Shown here one piece after another: positions 61,269 through 64,000 of a stretch of DNA of 64,000 bases. The notes below the pieces were generated by a model. The model was not told the origin of the DNA and ran no database searches. It saw only the letters and a list, made by a program, of their open reading frames with translations. Within the stretch, counting starts at the first letter, position 1. Each line of letters opens with the position of its first letter. The stretch lies in assembly GCA_026625165.1 (NCBI GenBank), contig CP112999.1:1639288-1703287 (forward strand), given 5' to 3'. The position numbers were made by a program, and so were the translations under genes. The DNA is from Methanoregula sp. (GTDB lineage Archaea > Halobacteriota > Methanomicrobia > Methanomicrobiales > Methanospirillaceae).

Positions 61269-62225
61269 ATGCACCATCCAAATTTCAAGGACACTATCGC
61301 AGCTTCTCCGTTCATCTTTATTATCGGTGTTGCCGGTGACAGCGGGTCAGGAAAGACCACGTTTACCCAGGGGATCCGGAGCATCTTCGGGGACGATCTG
61401 GTCTCTACCATCACGCTGGACGATTACCACAGTCTTGACAGGAAAAACCGTAAAGAACTGGGGGTCACGCCCCTCAATCCCCGGGCAAACAATCTCGATT
61501 TGCTTGAAAAGGATATTGCACAGCTCAGGCGCGGTGTCCCCATAGAAAAATCCGTCTACAACCATGATACCGGGACCTTTGGCCCACCTGTAATTTTTCG
61601 CCCGAAAAAGATCCTGATCCTTGAAGGGCTCCACCCGTTATTCACTCCGGCCCTTCGCCGCTATCTCGATTTCTCGCTCTTTGTGGACCCGGTACAGGAA
61701 GTAAAGTATGACTGGAAGATACGGCGGGATACGGGAAAACGGGGGTATTCGCACGAGCAGGTGATCAGAGAGATCGCCGAAAGGGAACAGGATTATAAAA
61801 ACTATATTGCACCCCAGAAAGAATTTGCCGAAGCAGTAATTGGCATCGATTACTCTGAATACGGTCGGCAGCTCGGCATTGATCGGAATGTCTACCGGAT
61901 CACCCTTTCCCAGAGCAGGTTGAAACACAGCATTGAAAATATCGATCTGTCGCTGGACCTCTATTCAATCCTCTCAATATCCCAGAGGAATTTCTCGCTT
62001 AAATTCGGGACATGCGAGCATGACGGTCACAGGATGGGTGAGCTTGTCATGGACGGTGAACTGAGCGGGCACGTCGTAGAAAAGCTCGAGCACAGCATTG
62101 AGAACCAGACACGGGTCCACCCGATCTCAATTTTTCAAAACCGGGCGTACGTGACTGCCGGTGACCTCGCCCAGCTGATCCTGTGCTGGAGGATCATCCA
62201 CCGCCGTATCTTCATGGAGAACTGA
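61269..62225 (+). CDS. prk: Phosphoribulokinase (archaeal PRK)
   Basis: 318 aa with a P-loop (GVAGDSGSGKTTF). LDDYHSLDRKNRKELGVTPLNPRANNLDLL closely parallels cyanobacterial/plant PRK. Confidence 0.85.
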   Translation: MHHPNFKDTIAASPFIFIIGVAGDSGSGKTTFTQGIRSIFGDDLVSTITLDDYHSLDRKNRKELGVTPLNPRANNLDLLEKDIAQLRRGVPIEKSVYNHDTGTFGPPVIFRPKKILILEGLHPLFTPALRRYLDFSLFVDPVQEVKYDWKIRRDTGKRGYSHEQVIREIAEREQDYKNYIAPQKEFAEAVIGIDYSEYGRQLGIDRNVYRITLSQSRLKHSIENIDLSLDLYSILSISQRNFSLKFGTCEHDGHRMGELVMDGELSGHVVEKLEHSIENQTRVHPISIFQNRAYVTAGDLAQLILCWRIIHRRIFMEN

Positions 62226-62316
62226 CGCAGAACAACTCCCGATCGGTATCCTGGGAGGGGACGAAGGTCATGGTCTTTGACCTTTCCTCCTGTTTCTTTT
62301 TAAAAAGATTCGGGTT

Positions 62317-63606
62317 TCACATATGAAGCAGGTACGGCAGCAGGATCAGTGACATCAGCATGACCAGCATGACATAACTGACCGTGCTTACCACCCGTGC
62401 AGAATATTTCAGGAGCCCGCGCCGGTCAAGCAACCGGTCGACTCCTTCTTTTAAGATATATCCCCCGTCAAGGGGAACCATCGGGATCGCATTGAAGATC
62501 CCGACATTGATGTTGATCCAGCCACACCAGAAGAGCAGGTGCACAATCCCCCAGTACGAAGCAAAAGGTACCTGGTAGTACTGCTCGTCGGGGGAATCGA
62601 ATGCAAGGATCCGCAGGAACTGGGCGTTTGAGGAGGTATCGAACGGGATAACAAGGAACTGGAGCACGCCTAACGGCGAGAGCATGCTGCCAATCGCTTC
62701 CTTGATCGACGCCCCGTCATAGTACTGGACACCCATGAACCCGCCCGGGCGGCTGAGCTCTGCCGGCCACGGCGCAAGAGTAAAGTAGTACTCAGAGACA
62801 ATTGCATCCTTTTCTACTTTCAGGGCGATGGGATCGCCGGGTCGGGTGGAGTTAAGGATTCCTGCGACCTCGTCCCGCGTGGCAACCGAGACCCCGTTGA
62901 CTGCCTTGACCACCGAACCCTGCGGGACGCCTGCAAGATCGGCGGGGTAGTCCTTGTAGATCCCATGGATGACCGGCGCTGTTGCCGGTACTGCGGTGCC
63001 GACAAGCAGGATGAGCAGGACAAAACAAAAAAAACCCACGACAAGGTTGTTGGTGATGCCGGCACCAAACATCCGCATCTTGGGCATCCCTTTTGTCTTT
63101 TCCAGCTCGTCCTCGTCAGGTTCGACAAAAAAACCGATGGGGATGACCGCGAGGATGACGCCCATGCCTTTGACAGTGATGTTCTCGACCCGGCACAGGA
63201 ACCCGTGCCCGAACTCGTGGACTGCGATTGTGATGATGAACGCGAGCCAGACGGCGAGGGTTGACGGGACATATTCGTTGATGCCTGGCAGGAGCAGGAT
63301 GTTCTGGGGTTTGTAGATACCGGTGGGTTCCGGCTGCAGGACGAGAGTGTACCTGACAGAGATGACGAGCATCACCGTGATGAAGACCGAGACCAGCACG
63401 ACCATGAGGACGCCGAACGTACCATACAGCCGCAGGAAGGTCCGGATGGCGCTGAACCGGTCGAAAAACCCGACCCGGTTTGTCTTGATCGCCATGATCG
63501 GGCCGTAGAACATGACATGATCCGGGAATAATTTTTTAGAGTGGATATAGTATGCCACGACTGCGTAAATCGTGACCAGAAGGAGGACAAAAAAGACCCA
63601 GCTCAT
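62317..63606 (-). CDS. Site-2 protease (M50 family) with a PDZ domain
   Basis: It has an HEFGHGF zinc motif in a transmembrane helix, a PDZ-like segment (GSVVKAVNGVSVATRDEV) and a distal NAIPMVPLDGG motif. The start is set at the ATG at 63606. Confidence 0.8.
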   Translation of the reverse strand: MSWVFFVLLLVTIYAVVAYYIHSKKLFPDHVMFYGPIMAIKTNRVGFFDRFSAIRTFLRLYGTFGVLMVVLVSVFITVMLVISVRYTLVLQPEPTGIYKPQNILLLPGINEYVPSTLAVWLAFIITIAVHEFGHGFLCRVENITVKGMGVILAVIPIGFFVEPDEDELEKTKGMPKMRMFGAGITNNLVVGFFCFVLLILLVGTAVPATAPVIHGIYKDYPADLAGVPQGSVVKAVNGVSVATRDEVAGILNSTRPGDPIALKVEKDAIVSEYYFTLAPWPAELSRPGGFMGVQYYDGASIKEAIGSMLSPLGVLQFLVIPFDTSSNAQFLRILAFDSPDEQYYQVPFASYWGIVHLLFWCGWININVGIFNAIPMVPLDGGYILKEGVDRLLDRRGLLKYSARVVSTVSYVMLVMLMSLILLPYLLHM

Positions 63607-63776
63607 GTGGTGTACCGGTGAGGCAACATGATAGATAAAATGGTAGTCTGTTGCCAGTTCTGAAAAGATTCGTAATATGGAATTGCTCGATGAGTCAATT
63701 GCTTGTATCAGGTAGAGAGTATGAGAATACGACAATCCAGCCAGCACAGAAACCCGCCATTATAACCGATATCGGC

Positions 63777-63893
63777 ATGTTCGCATGGCTGCTCGGCATT
63801 ATGGAACAGAACCCTGTTGTCGTAGTCATTGTGGTTGCCATCATTGCAGCCCTGATGTATTTTGGCTGGTATAAACGACGACAATACTTCTAG
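63777..63893 (+). CDS. Hypothetical very small membrane protein
   Basis: 38 aa (MFAWLLGIMEQNPVVVVIVVAIIAALMYFGWYKRRQYF). It is weakly supported and the upstream part of the track ORF overlaps the M50 gene. Confidence 0.25.
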   Translation: MFAWLLGIMEQNPVVVVIVVAIIAALMYFGWYKRRQYF

Positions 63894-64000
63894 AGAACGG
63901 AAATGAAAAGCAGAGCCTTTCAGGCACGTCCGACAAAAAAACAAGCCGGACGGGGATGAGAATCGGATGTTTTCATTGCAAGTTTGATGAAAAATTCAGG

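Overview
This is a 64-kb chromosomal window from a methanogenic euryarchaeon. Gene content and order suggest Methanomicrobiales, possibly Methanoregulaceae-like, but that is inference only. I call about 75 protein genes and 3 tRNAs (Arg-UCU, Lys-UUU, Pro-GGG). I found no rRNA, CRISPR array or mobile element. Packing is very dense, with many 1-19 nt gene overlaps and a recurring TAATG stop/start junction.

Core blocks:
- A minus-strand information-processing string at 1-5.7 kb: S19e, PDCD5-like, PP-loop ATPase, L39e, L31e, aIF6, LX, prefoldin alpha, FtsY, SRP54.
- The RNA polymerase operon at 38.1-46.4 kb: rpoH-B''-B'-A'-A''-L30e-NusA.
- leuS, purN, cobQ, hisI, SUI1, hsp20, xseAB and an NfeD/SPFH pair.

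Most interesting region (17.4-28.7 kb): a type IV pilus/Tad-like ATPase with a roughly 300-aa low-complexity N-terminal extension sits with a platform protein split into two genes and an enlarged A24 prepilin peptidase. These are embedded among Roadblock/LC7 proteins, three paralogous PATAN/DUF4388-like proteins, a MinD/ParA ATPase and a double-V4R protein. I could find no pilin gene and no small GTPase there. I read this as a candidate uncharacterised polarity/switch module coupled to a pilus-like machine.

Other notable loci:
- Roadblock plus tandem duplicated response regulators, with no adjacent kinase (46.6-48.4 kb).
- A complete glycogen synthesis/degradation cluster ending in an archaeal phosphoribulokinase (51.8-62.2 kb).

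All family assignments come from motif recognition by eye. No database search was run.
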